64,000 nucleotides of DNA from Macrostomum lignano (taxonomy: Eukaryota): assembly GCA_002269645.1 (NCBI GenBank), contig NIVC01001994.1, positions 124,001-188,000 of the forward strand, in the 5' to 3' direction. Positions 26,110 through 37,234 of this stretch are shown here, piece by piece (position 1 is the stretch's first letter; each line of letters opens with the position of its first letter). The position numbers and the translations under genes are program-made. A model generated the notes under the pieces. That model ran no database searches. It saw only the letters and a list, made by a program, of their open reading frames with translations, and was not told where the DNA came from.

Positions 26110-27765
26110 CTAACGAAGTGCATCCAAAATAGCTACTGCAGCCTTGCGGACGGCTTTCTTGCGAAGGCCCGACAGCACTTCGATTACCTCCAGAAACGCC
26201 TCTAGGGCAGGGAGGTGCTGGAGGTTGAACGCGATGAAGACAATTACAAATGCAATTATCGAGTCAGTAACACTGTCGAATGGGATGCTCGCACCGTTGA
26301 CGAAAACGCCGCACCATTTTCCATCCTCTGTCAGAATTCTGACTGGCAGTGCGTCGCGAAGAATAATAGACGGGTCGACTCGCAACCGACCGAGAAGAAG
26401 AAAGACAGCCACAGGCAGCTTGTCCTCCTCTGAAACAACTGGCAATTCCACATAATCCTTGCACAGCTTGAAATTTTTTAGCAACTGCCTTTTACTGTAC
26501 ACAAGCAACAAGGCGTTAATAATCCTGCTTCTCATTTCCGATGGACTTGGTGGAAGTACATAGTCAGTTTTGCTTCTGTTGTATGTCTGGATCATGAGAT
26601 ACGCCTCCTGCTGCAGTACTGCGATGTTTACCAGTGGCGCATATAAGGCAATTTCGTCACTAACCGTCAAATCTTGGCACCGCAATATTCGAATCGGAAA
26701 CAGAGCCTGCATTTCGTTGAGAACGTCTGATATTGAAGAGTCATGATGAGTCTCGTTCAATCTCGTTCGACGAGCTTCGTGTGACGGTGGTACATCGGTA
26801 TCGAACTCGCCGAAGTCAACGCTCTTCGCCATTGCACTGCCAGCATCGTCTGCATCACTATCATCATCGCCTTCTTCTTCGATCAGATCTTCGTCGTCGT
26901 TGATACGCTGCTTGTTGGCTCTTTTAGCACGTGAAGCTATAATTTCATTGTCATCATCTTCCTGGCCTTCAACTTCCTTGTACTGCCGTTTATGCCTTTG
27001 GCTCACAGTAACCGCACTTGGGCCTGCAGCAGCTGCAGCAGCATTTGGTAGAATTATACGCCGATGACCAAGTCGACCATGCTTCCGTCGCATCTCCTGA
27101 ACCGTTGGGCTGCTCTTGTCGACAAAGTCGCCAACGAACCGGAGCTCTTTGAAACGCCGAATAAGCTTTTGGCGCCAAAAGCTTGAGCTCCCACTTAATG
27201 AGGTGTCCTTCAGTCCAGGATACGAAGTTACTATGGAAGTGCACACATCTGTTATCTGGCTAGATGACAGGTATGGTTCATTTGGCGACAGATAGTTCAA
27301 ACAGATGTGATCGACGATGAATTTAAGGAACTTGTTGACAAACGTCGCGTTCATTTTTAAATCGGAACCCTTTTCGGGGTGCATTCGTAGATCACGAAGG
27401 GCGTTGGCGAGATCGTCCATTCGTGGAAGCGAGTACACTTCGGGCCATGGAAGTGTAGTTGCAGCCGTAGCTGCTACAGCTGGATTTGGACTCAGAGCCT
27501 GTGTGCCTCGACTCGGTGTTGTGGCAATCTCGACATTGCGTATTTCGCTTTGCTGCTTTGGTGTAGTTGAAGGTTCTACAGGGCATGCACCGCAGCTTGG
27601 AAGCAACTCTCCAGAAAGAAGGAAGTACACAGTTCTACATTCCTTTGCCACCTCCGATATTAAATCATCGTCGTCGATTTCGAAACCGTCAGAAGTGACA
27701 ATGCGAACATTTTCAACATCTGCAATGTCCAATTTTAAACAACCTTTGATGCGAAGGTCCGCCAA
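26110..27765 (-). CDS. Transposon accessory ORF2 (>551 aa) with CIDE-N/PB1-like N-terminus and acidic linker
   Basis: Open frame extends upstream to ~27825 (LRICNGSEERKKLLPASGLTLADL) behind an AG acceptor with no in-frame ATG. RIVTSDGFEIDDDD resembles CIDE-N LVLEEDGTEVDDE. Lies inside the CACTG element, co-oriented with the transposase. Confidence 0.7.
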   Translation of the reverse strand: MADLRIKGCLKLDIADVENVRIVTSDGFEIDDDDLISEVAKECRTVYFLLSGELLPSCGACPVEPSTTPKQQSEIRNVEIATTPSRGTQALSPNPAVAATAATTLPWPEVYSLPRMDDLANALRDLRMHPEKGSDLKMNATFVNKFLKFIVDHICLNYLSPNEPYLSSSQITDVCTSIVTSYPGLKDTSLSGSSSFWRQKLIRRFKELRFVGDFVDKSSPTVQEMRRKHGRLGHRRIILPNAAAAAAGPSAVTVSQRHKRQYKEVEGQEDDDNEIIASRAKRANKQRINDDEDLIEEEGDDDSDADDAGSAMAKSVDFGEFDTDVPPSHEARRTRLNETHHDSSISDVLNEMQALFPIRILRCQDLTVSDEIALYAPLVNIAVLQQEAYLMIQTYNRSKTDYVLPPSPSEMRSRIINALLLVYSKRQLLKNFKLCKDYVELPVVSEEDKLPVAVFLLLGRLRVDPSIILRDALPVRILTEDGKWCGVFVNGASIPFDSVTDSIIAFVIVFIAFNLQHLPALEAFLEVIEVLSGLRKKAVRKAAVAILDALR

Positions 27766-27957
27766 GGTCAGGCCAGAAGCTGGAAGGAGCTTCTTGCGCT
27801 CCTCTGAGCCGTTGCAGATTCGAAGCTGAAATGAGGTATGATGTGCACAACCTCAATCAGAATACATCTGGTAAGACACAGATAAAATGAATTTATAAAG
27901 CCAAGGAATTCTTGTTCATTATGATTTTTCGGCTTTTGTCCTTGGCTTGACTTAATG

Positions 27958-28500
27958 TAGTAGTAGTAGTAGTAGTAGTAGTTAATTGGCTTGGGCAAGT
28001 AGTGCCCGTTATGTTAATAGAGTGTATTTAATTAGATATGAATAACTTAGTGTTAACAAAAGTTGTCAATAATGGACAATACAATTTAAACAGTAGAAGT
28101 TTTTGCATTAGATCAATGCCTTTAAGTTGCTGTGAGATGGCTTTCTTCCAAGGATCAATTGGATTGTCATTGTTGTTAAAGAGACTAGTGGTAGTAGAGT
28201 TAGCTTTAAATAAGTTTTAACCAGAAAAGGAGGTACCTTTTCTTAATGATTTCAGAAATAGGAAGAATGTTGAGTTCATTGAGTATGACTTTATTGCTTG
28301 TATGTATGCTCTGGTAGATTAAGAATTTAAGGAGAGACTTATAGAATTTCAATTGAATATTATCCAGATCCTTAATTTTTGATTGCCTGGCCAGTGGACC
28401 CCATACCTTGCAGCCATAAGTAATGACTGTGACAACAAAATGTTTAGTGTTTTTATGATGTTTTTGTTTTTTTGTTGCTTTTTTCTGAACAATCTTCACT
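27958..28500 (-). mobile_element. 5'-truncated non-LTR retrotransposon 3' fragment with (ACT)n tail, inside the CACTG element
   Basis: VITYGCKVWG...LDNIQLKFYKSLL...SNKVILNELNILPI...RYLLFWLKL resembles the post-RT C-terminus of LINE ORF2; ends in an (ACT)n tail at ~27958-27985. Confidence 0.6.
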
Positions 28501-28804
28501 CTTCAATACTAAAAGCTGAAGCTTCAACAAGCTTAGACAGAGGATGAACCCATTTTAGGCAAGAAATGGTTCGAAAACCTGCACCATCTACATAGAACTA
28601 GCCTAGTCAAGGAAGGGCAAGCCGACCTATCATAAAAAGGTTAGACACCTATAGGCCAGAAATCTATGTAAGGTGGAGAGCACAGTTCCTTGTGCTAGAG
28701 GCAAGGTGGCCCTTGTAATAATTTGTTATTTTATGAAGTGCAAGTGTATGCCATATTGTTATATGCTTAAATTTATCTAAAATGATACCCACTAAGATTG
28801 TAGA

Positions 28805-31360
28805 TTATTGATCAATGTTTTGGCAATGTAGCATTGGATAATATTTTAAAGAAAGAAAAAGTTTCCCTTGATACATTAAAAATGGAATTGGCTGATGAAA
28901 AAAGTGCTGAGTAGGTTCAATAAATACTAAATGGTCATTATTCACAGTGCATATAAAACTGCTATAATGACAAGAAAATTTAGCATTCACTTTTTTACAA
29001 ATAATTATCCACTTGTTGGAAAGTTGAATAATATGGCTAATTAATGCTAAAGCAATTCCAGTTGGTTCTAAAATTGGCAAACAATAACGGTAATTTAATG
29101 TTGGAGTCCGATATACAAACCCCTGATATTTTAGTTCATTAGTAGAAAGACAAATAGTGCCAATAATTGAGTCTGTATCTAAATTCATGTTGTTGCATAA
29201 CTCAGTTTGTTCATCTATTGTCAATAGCATATTTAAGCTAATAGGATTTATATTATGGCTCTTAATTGTACCTGGTTCATAGTGCTTAATGATAAGTGCC
29301 TTTTGAATTTGATATTGTTTTGCACATGTATAGGCAGGATTTTTGAAATTTCTTGCATGCCTGTTTATATTCTTAAGCAATTGATGATGAGCTTCACCTC
29401 GCATACACCATAAGTATTTAAGACCACTATAATAATGATAAAATTCAGGATAGTGACATATATAATGCAATTTACATTTATATTTAGGATTGAAGCCCGT
29501 GTTTCTATATATTAATTCTAATTGGCCAGAAATAAGAGATTGAAAATATTCTAAGTTTATGCTACTATCATATGGGGACAAAATTATGTCAAGAAACTGC
29601 CTGTGACAATTAAATAATATCCAAATATCATCATCCAACTCAAACAAATGTCCAAATAAAAGTCCAAAGTATTGTAGAATAACAATTATTTGATTAGAAG
29701 TACATGGTAGATGATAATTTTGTAAGTGATATTTATTTATTGTAGGAATACTGACTTCTTTAATCAAATTTAGTTGTTTGTTTATATAGTCTATACTAAT
29801 ATTATGATTTTGAATAATACTTAATAGAATAATACATATAACAACATGAGAAAACCCTTCAAACACATCATGCATTATATCAGGGGGGAAAAAATATTGA
29901 AAGTTAATATATGCTACACTTCTAAACACAGATGGTGAAATTAAACCATTACTTAAGGATTTAAAATCTTCAATATATGATGAATTATCTCGATATTCAA
30001 ATAGGAATAATGTACTTAATTCTTCTAATCTAATGCTACAAAGCTGTTTATAACCTATAAAACAAAATCTACAAATATAACCACTTGAAAACCAAGTTTG
30101 CATACCTAACATTCTATGTATTGATAAATTATCCCCAGTCATGAAAGCAGCAATAACAGGCATTTTTATCAAATTACTTATTTGAAATTCTTCAAAGTAA
30201 AGCTCATTCAGCTCTCTAATTAATGGAAATAAACAAAACTGTAAACCTTTCTTTTTAACATTTGAATCATTAAATACTGTTAAAAGAAAATATAAGTCTG
30301 AAGATGAACTAAGATATTCAGGGAAATTAAGAATAGTAAAGTATACTACACATAATTTATGTTTTGTTTTGGCAGACCCAATAGGATTACATATTTCAAT
30401 TTCATCTGAATAAAGTTTTATGAATATACCATTCTTATTTGTTAACAATGGACTAATATGTTCTTCAAAATAAGTAGACTTGAAAAAAAAATTTTCTTTG
30501 TTGGTTGCATTTAAATAAGAATTTGTAATAATATACTTAAGCAATGTCTCATTTTTTATAATAGAACTAAGTGTTTCTTTTATTGGAATATATAGAATTT
30601 TTAATTTTGATTCTTCATCTATGATTTCAATGGGCTCAACAAAATTAAACTTGTTTTGTAAAATTTCAAATATTTTTTTATTACTTAATAGATGCTCTAA
30701 TGAAAGGTCAATCATTTCTTGCAAATTTAATTTATTTTTATAAGAATTATAGCTGTTAACTATTGAAGGACATTCTTCTTTTAAAAATTGCTCAAATAAC
30801 AAAAAATAGTCATCAGCAAACTTCAATACTATTTCCTTAACAAGTTCACATAATTGATTAGATTTGCTTTTAGGAATTAAAAAGAAATGTCTAGACTTTA
30901 GATAAAAGTAAACAAAATTTTCAGCAAGATGTTTTCTTGTATTTTCACATAAAAAATCACTAGACATTTCAAATTCAGGGTCTTTTTTTTCATTTTCAAC
31001 TTGGTTACAAATAGTAGATAATATGGCTATATCTATAGGCACAGCTTGCAATTCATTTTCTAAAGGGTTTCCTAATAAGTCTAGAGTAGGGTTATTATGA
31101 ACACAATTTGGCTGTAGAACTTGGTCTTGGGAAAAATTATCAACAACACTGTTTTTGTGCATACGATAGGCATGTGCTTGTAATCCTTCAATTGTAACAC
31201 TAATATGGTAACATCCCCTAACTGGACATAAAAAATTGCTATTCCCAAAAGAATGGTATAGTTTTATATGACTTATAAGCTTAAATAAATCCTTGTGTGT
31301 ATGAAGACATATACTACATTGAAATAGTTTTGAAATTACATTTTCATCTCCATTTAACAT
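28805..31360 (-). CDS. EnSpm-type transposase, 851 aa, N-terminal C2H2 zinc fingers
   Basis: Uninterrupted ORF with CSIC...H...H and CPVRGC...HAYRMH fingers; LYSDEIEICNPIG, GDNL, CRFC, PDIMHD-EG and KLHYICHY...WCMRGEAHH motifs typical of animal EnSpm transposases. Confidence 0.88.
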   Translation of the reverse strand: MLNGDENVISKLFQCSICLHTHKDLFKLISHIKLYHSFGNSNFLCPVRGCYHISVTIEGLQAHAYRMHKNSVVDNFSQDQVLQPNCVHNNPTLDLLGNPLENELQAVPIDIAILSTICNQVENEKKDPEFEMSSDFLCENTRKHLAENFVYFYLKSRHFFLIPKSKSNQLCELVKEIVLKFADDYFLLFEQFLKEECPSIVNSYNSYKNKLNLQEMIDLSLEHLLSNKKIFEILQNKFNFVEPIEIIDEESKLKILYIPIKETLSSIIKNETLLKYIITNSYLNATNKENFFFKSTYFEEHISPLLTNKNGIFIKLYSDEIEICNPIGSAKTKHKLCVVYFTILNFPEYLSSSSDLYFLLTVFNDSNVKKKGLQFCLFPLIRELNELYFEEFQISNLIKMPVIAAFMTGDNLSIHRMLGMQTWFSSGYICRFCFIGYKQLCSIRLEELSTLFLFEYRDNSSYIEDFKSLSNGLISPSVFRSVAYINFQYFFPPDIMHDVFEGFSHVVICIILLSIIQNHNISIDYINKQLNLIKEVSIPTINKYHLQNYHLPCTSNQIIVILQYFGLLFGHLFELDDDIWILFNCHRQFLDIILSPYDSSINLEYFQSLISGQLELIYRNTGFNPKYKCKLHYICHYPEFYHYYSGLKYLWCMRGEAHHQLLKNINRHARNFKNPAYTCAKQYQIQKALIIKHYEPGTIKSHNINPISLNMLLTIDEQTELCNNMNLDTDSIIGTICLSTNELKYQGFVYRTPTLNYRYCLPILEPTGIALALISHIIQLSNKWIIICKKVNAKFSCHYSSFICTVNNDHLVFIEPTQHFFHQPIPFLMYQGKLFLSLKYYPMLHCQNIDQ

Positions 31361-32555
31361 ATCCTGGACAGTGGATAAGCCTACTAAATTCGTCGTTGTG
31401 GAATGGACAACGCGTAAAAACGTTTAAAAAGCACTAATTTTTAGGTTTGATCAGAACGAATTGCACGCAACAATCTAAATGTTCGAAGTTAGTAGAGTGA
31501 AACAAAAGTTCCCAACATATTTTTGATCTGTGTTAGAAATGCGCTTGTACCTGTTAAAAGGAATACAATATATAATTCCTTTAATTTAAGGCATTTAGAG
31601 CTTTCGATTGATGCAATTACATTTGACGGATAATTTTATTTGTGTTTTTATGCGGCAAAAAATACGGTGGTATAAAACCTAAATTTATTTCCAGTCCGAT
31701 TTTCTCTATAAAATCTCGCGTGTGCTTAAAAAAATATCATTTGAGGGCACTTGAAAAAATTTCATTCGTTTTCTCTGACCAAAAAAATCGGACCTTCAGA
31801 CATGAAGGTCCGCCTTCAGGCATGAAGGTCCGCATTATGCAATTCGGACCTTATCCGGACCCATAAGATTTACAGTGATCAATGCCACCTATTATGCGTT
31901 GCTTCTGCGAAAGCTCCGCACCGAACTGGCCAAAAAGCAACCTGGCAAGCTGCACCTTGGGATTCTCTTTCACCACGACAATGCACCAGCCACCAGCCCA
32001 CACGTCTCGGCTCTGCCATGAAGCCCTGCAAGATTTCCGCTGGGAAATCCTCCAGCATCCTCCATATAGCCCTGCTTCCCAAGCTGAAGGAAGCAATCAA
32101 AAGGAGACCAAAATGAGGACAAAGAGGCTGCCAAAAAGGCTACTGTACAGTGGCTTGTTGCACAGCCTCCTTAGTTCTATGTGAACGGCCTGGAGAGATG
32201 GCAACACTGCATGGAGAAGCGTCTGACCCTGGAGGGGGACTATGTAGAAAAGTGATTTCCTTTTGAAGTTTGACACTCGTGACAAAAAAATTATCATTAC
32301 TTTTTGACTTTTTGACATTATCAGTAGTCTCAACTGATCCAAAATTGTCCCATCTCATACCATATAGTCCAAACTAATCCCAAATAGTCCCAAGATATCC
32401 CAAAATCACCCTAAATCCCAAACTAAATCCAAATCCTCCTAACTACTCTCCAATAATAAAAATCCAGAGCATTCTCTTCCTACCGCACTCAGAATCCCAG
32501 ATCAGCTTCAAAAATCCCCAGAAATCCCGAACCGAATACCACAACTCCCAGCCAC

Positions 32556-33088
32556 ATGAACGGCTCCGCCGTCGGTCCTGACGGTGACGGAGGCGACCAG
32601 CACGACGAGCTGCCGGCGCTGTCCTCGGCCTTCCGCCAGCGCATCCGGCCGGTGCTGAACCGCATCGACGAGCTGCGCTCCCACGGCCTGCAGAGCGACC
32701 TCAAGCTGCCCATGGTGGCGGTGGTGGGCGACCAGTCGGTGGGCAAGTCCTCGGTGCTGGAGGCCATCTCGGGCGTGGAATTTCCCCGCGGCACCGGCAT
32801 GGTCACCCGCTGCGCCCTGCAGCTGTCCATGCAGTGGAACGCCGACCCAGAGGCGCCGTGGCACGGTCGCATCAGCTACAAGGACGTCAACGGGCACAAG
32901 GTGGACAAGGAGCTCAACTCGCCTGGGGAAGTGGACGGAGCCGTGAGGGAGGCCCAGCAGCGGATGACGCACGGAGACAACGAGATCTCGAGTGAGCAGA
33001 TTGACCTGGCGATCAAGGGACCGGATGTGCCCGACCTGACCTTGATTGACCTGCCGGGCATCGCCAGGTGAGACGGACAGACAGGCAT

Positions 33089-33125
<37 letters not shown>

Positions 33126-35808
33126 TCAGAACAAATCAGCACAAAGGCACAGATGAACGCAATAACCCCCGACCCTCAGGTACTCTGCCACAGGCGGTTC
33201 TGGCATCGCTCAGATCACCAAGTCGCTCATCGCCAAGTACGTCAGCCAGCCGCAGGTGCTCATCCTGGTGGTGGTGCCTTGCCACCAGGACATCGAGACG
33301 GTCGAGGCGCTGTCACTGGCCAAGGAGGCCGACCCGCAGGGCGAGCGCACCATCGGGGTGCTCACGTGCCCGGACATGGTGAACAAGGGCGCGGAGCAGG
33401 AGACGCTGAAGATCGCCAACAACGAGAAGATCCCGCTGAAGAAGGGCTACGTGATGGTGAAGTGCCGCAGTCCCGAGGAGCTCAACAACGGCGTCACCCT
33501 GACTGAGTCGGTGGCCAACGAGGCGGCTTTCTTCAAGACTCACCGGCACTTCAGCCAGCTGCCTGAGCAGTCCGTGGGCATCCGGACTCTGGCGGACAAG
33601 CTGACGGAGGAGCTGTTTGAGTCCGTGAAGAGGAACATCAGCACGCTGCAGAATGACATCCTGGTGAGAGAGTGAACAGGGATTCTGCAGAATTCTGGAT
33701 GTACTGATCCCCAGACTCTCGTGTGCTGAGGTCCTGATCCCCAGACTCTCGTGTGCTGAGGTCCTGATCCCCAGACTCTCGTGTGCTGAGGTCCTGATCC
33801 CCAGACTCTCGTGTGCTGAGGTCCTGATCTCCATACTTCTGTGTGCTGAGGTCCTGATCCCAAGACTCTCGTGTGCTGAGGTCCAGATCCCCAGACTCTC
33901 GTGTGCTGAGGTCCTGATCCCCAGACTCTCGTGTGCTGAGGTCCTGATCTCCATACTTCTGTGTGCTGAGGTCCTGATCCCAAGACTCTCGTGTGCTGAG
34001 GTCCAGATCCCCAGACTCTCGTGTGCTGAGGTCCTGATCCCCAGACTCTCGTGCGCTGTGCTAGGGTTTCGGCACACTTGGGTATTGTAATCCCAGAGTC
34101 GTAAAGCCTAGAAAATCCCTACGCCAGTGACTGTCAATTGTCTGTTCAGTGGTCCCGACACAGCTCACCTGCCCAATCAAGCCGTCTTATTCCCCAAAGC
34201 TCCACACGAGAGCCTCCCTGCCACCCCGCAGGAGATGCGCAAGAAGTTCCAGGAGGAGCTGCAGCGTCTCGGACAGCCGGTCGCCGAGACCAAAGACGAG
34301 AAACGGCGCTACCTGTTCGAGATGCTGAGCAACTTCAACAAAGACGTTGCCATAGCAACACAGGGCGAGATGAACGCCAGGTTTCACCTGTACGCCAAGT
34401 GCAGAAAGCACTGGACAGAGTTGGGGAAGCAGATTCATAGAGCTTGGCCAGGTAAGAAATTAGATGATAGACTCGGGTGTCTGGTTGGAGTAACAAAAAG
34501 TGTGTTCATATTTTCAACACTGTTATATTCACGTACTCAGGCTGGGTCACTCGCAGCCACATCTCGCACTATTGGCAGCCGCCCGAGCAGGTGACCCGTC
34601 TAATCACTGACTTGAGAGGTCGCGAGCTCGCCTCCTATGATCACGTGTTCCCAATAATTGAACGAATCTACAAGGAGGAGTTTCTGAACAAACTGAAACA
34701 GCCTGCGGAACAATTTCTGGAGCAGGTTGGATGATTTTGGTTTTATCGGGAAGCTGGGGAGTGGGGTGGCGGTCGTATGGGGTCGGCCGGTCCGTGAGAG
34801 TGGCGGGGAGGGTGGTAGGCGGTCCATGGGAATTAAGGGGCTTTGAACCAACGTGAAAGTATGGGGTTGGCGGGATTCTTTTGGCAATCGCAGCTCTATT
34901 GAGATGAAGTTTCCACAAAACCAAATCAATCAAGGTATCCGACGAGGTCACAGATGTGGTGCACCTCATTGCCCATAAGGTATTCGGCGACTTCCAAGAC
35001 ATCTTCGAGGTGGTGACGGAGACCAGCAACGAGGAGATCGCCAAGGTGCTGGAGCTGGCCAGAGCGGATCTGAGCGGACGGCTGTTTCTTCAGGAGGCGC
35101 GAGTGTTCTCGCAGGACAGCCAGTTCCAGGAGCGCATTGCAAAGATTGAGGAGGATCTTTACAAGGACAACGGCAACCAGCAGTGAGTGGCACTGATTAC
35201 GTAACTGAGAATAGGTGTAGTGTTATTGATTAGGACAAGGCCGTGCAGCCCTAGATAAATACAGTTGCATGTACAAGAATAGAGGGCAGATTGGCTGCAA
35301 ATTAGCGATAAAAACAAAACAAAAAGTCAGAAGAGTGAGAGAGGGAGAGAGACTTCTAGCCAGCCAATCAGCGCTGGCGGTGGGGCAGAGGGACAGACTG
35401 CCTGACAGCCAATCAGCACTGGTGGTGGGGAAGAGGAACAGATAATAAGGGCCAATCAGCAACCAATCAGAAAATGCCAACCCAATCCCCGCCCGCAGGC
35501 CGCCCATCCCCGACAGCGCTGAGCGAATCCGCCGCGGTCTCGACGCCTACCTGCGGGTGGCCACCGAGCGACTGAGCGACACCATCCCGCAGTCCGTTCT
35601 CTACTTCATGTTCGATGTTGTTTCTAAGCAGCTCGGCAACCGCGCCCTCGACCTGCTGTCCGAGTCCGAGTCTGCCGAGACGTTTCTGTCGCTGCTGCGT
35701 GAGCCGCGGCACAAAACTGCGAGAAGGAAACAGCTGAAGGAGATGATGGAGCAGCTGCGGCTGGCGCAGCGGGACTTCAACAAGTTTCGGCTGGATGTGC
35801 AGGCTTGA
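32556..35808 (+). CDS. Mx: Mx-like dynamin-family large GTPase, copy A (652 aa from Met 32556)
   Basis: Exons 32556-33067, 33180-33663, 34232-34451, 34541-34725, 34935-35182, 35499-35808 with consistent phases. G1 GDQSVGKSS, FPRGTGMVTRC, G3 DLPG, G4 TCPD, stalk RGREL, GED (AYLRVATERLSDTIPQSVLYFM...RRKQLKE); no PH or proline-rich domain, so Mx-like. Confidence 0.9.
33700..34060. repeat. 30-bp minisatellite in intron of Mx copy A
   Basis: GTGTGCTGAGGTCCTGATCCCCAGACTCTC units. Confidence 0.95.
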
Positions 35809-37234
35809 GGTGTAATTGAGTCATAAGCGGCTCAATTTTCCGTTGTAACGTCACTTGAAAACTTCTGAATAAACTCTATAAGAACTGGAATGCACTTTGG
35901 CTACCCGGCTACCCGTCTGTCTCTTTGCCCCATTGTCGGTGCTTTTTCCGAAAGTGTGCAACAGTTTCTTTGTGTTTTTAGGCTTTTTTTCAGCTTATTT
36001 CCTATTTCTAAGCTATTGTGCCAACCAATTGTTCAGTGTTATCGAACTTTTAAGCGCCCGTGTGTCTCTTTAAAATACACTAGCTATTCCGGTTTAATTT
36101 TTCAAATAGTTCTGACAATGCGTTTTACTGACGTGATGGGCGGGGGGGGGGTTGTCACCGACTAGAGTGACTGACTGACCATTAAACTTACACTCGGTCC
36201 TAAACTTAAGCTCTCTTCCTTTTTCGGCGATCAGAACTCTCTCGGAGTCACGCTTGGTTTGACGGTCTGGCGGTCAACTAGACATGAACTAACCCTGTGC
36301 AGAAGCTAAATTTAGCAACAGGCGGTCGGTCGTAAAGTCGGAGAGAGATAAGAAAATTAAGGTACGATAAACCGAGCTAGGCGAAAGCCAGACTTTATAT
36401 TTAAAGTAATCAACTGGACGGACCTCTTCATGCGTCACGCGCACGGACAGGCCTAAAATATTGATCGTGCAAATACTATACGCTCTAAATAGATCGTACC
36501 CACAACAGGAAAAGTAAAACGGCCCAATTGGGGGCAACTAAACGCAAAATTACATATATAAGAGGAAATAGGAATTGATACGATTTTTTGTCAGTTTATG
36601 CATAAATCAGACGCAGGGTGCTTAACAAAACGGCTCATGGTATTGAATTTCCGCTTCTAGATACTCTGCAAGTCTTACGGTCAACGCGAAACAAGTAAAA
36701 TAGTATATATGTGTTAATGTGTACCTTCATCAGCACAACCGCAGAAGTTGAAAATAGCCTTCACGGGACGTCGGTCTAAGTCCATGCAGTACTTCATCAA
36801 GGTGCTTGGGTAGTCACACAAAAAGAGCTGCCCTGCTTAACGTATAAAGAAGTGTACTAAACTGCAACAAGGCGCAATCACTTGTTGACCTCGTCTACCG
36901 ATCAAAGACAGTCAAAGGCAGCCATTCATGCGCAGGCTGATCGGATCTGGCATCAGGTATCCCCGCCGCTGGACTGTCTCCTGAAAAGGCGGAGTTTCTT
37001 CCGCAGAAGGGCTCCAATACAGGCCCTCATTCAACGAAGATCCGAGCGTGTACGTCACGTTGGCGCATCAGGCCGGATCAGATTCGACCGTTGATCAATC
37101 ACGAAGCGGACCAATCGAGCACTGAGGCAGAGAACAACGCGCCGCCGCTCCGTTACCAAGACATGCCGCGGTGACACTGCTGCTAGCCTGATCAACGGCT
37201 CTGCCCGAATCCGAATTCCCCTGGTAGCAATCAA

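Larger units (their letters stand above)
25285..31877 (-). mobile_element. CACTA/EnSpm-superfamily (CMC) DNA transposon, 6593 bp, CACTG termini, 2-bp AT TSD
   Basis: AT|CACTGTAA...TTACAGTG|AT; removing it restores mariner codons AAG ACC ATC AAT GCC. Many GGTCCG/CGGACC subterminal repeats at 25301-25480 and 31780-31862; two long ORFs inside. Confidence 0.92.
24440..32320 (+). mobile_element. Defective mariner (DD34D-type) element split by a nested CACTG transposon
   Basis: 5' end TACAAGGGGAAGTAAAAAAGTAATGATAATTTTGCTGTCACG with imperfect inverted counterpart at ~32278-32320. Transposase from ATG 24624: WVPR, VTEDETW, KTI|NATYY across the insertion, HHDNAPA, HPPYSP (the DLAPSD part is missing), C-terminal GDYVEK* ~32250; stop codon and frameshifts present. 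Confidence 0.9.

Noticed and set aside
36280-37230. GC-richer segment with short ORFs in the Mx spacer
   Set aside because: Candidate exons do not join into a convincing frame; no recognisable motifs.
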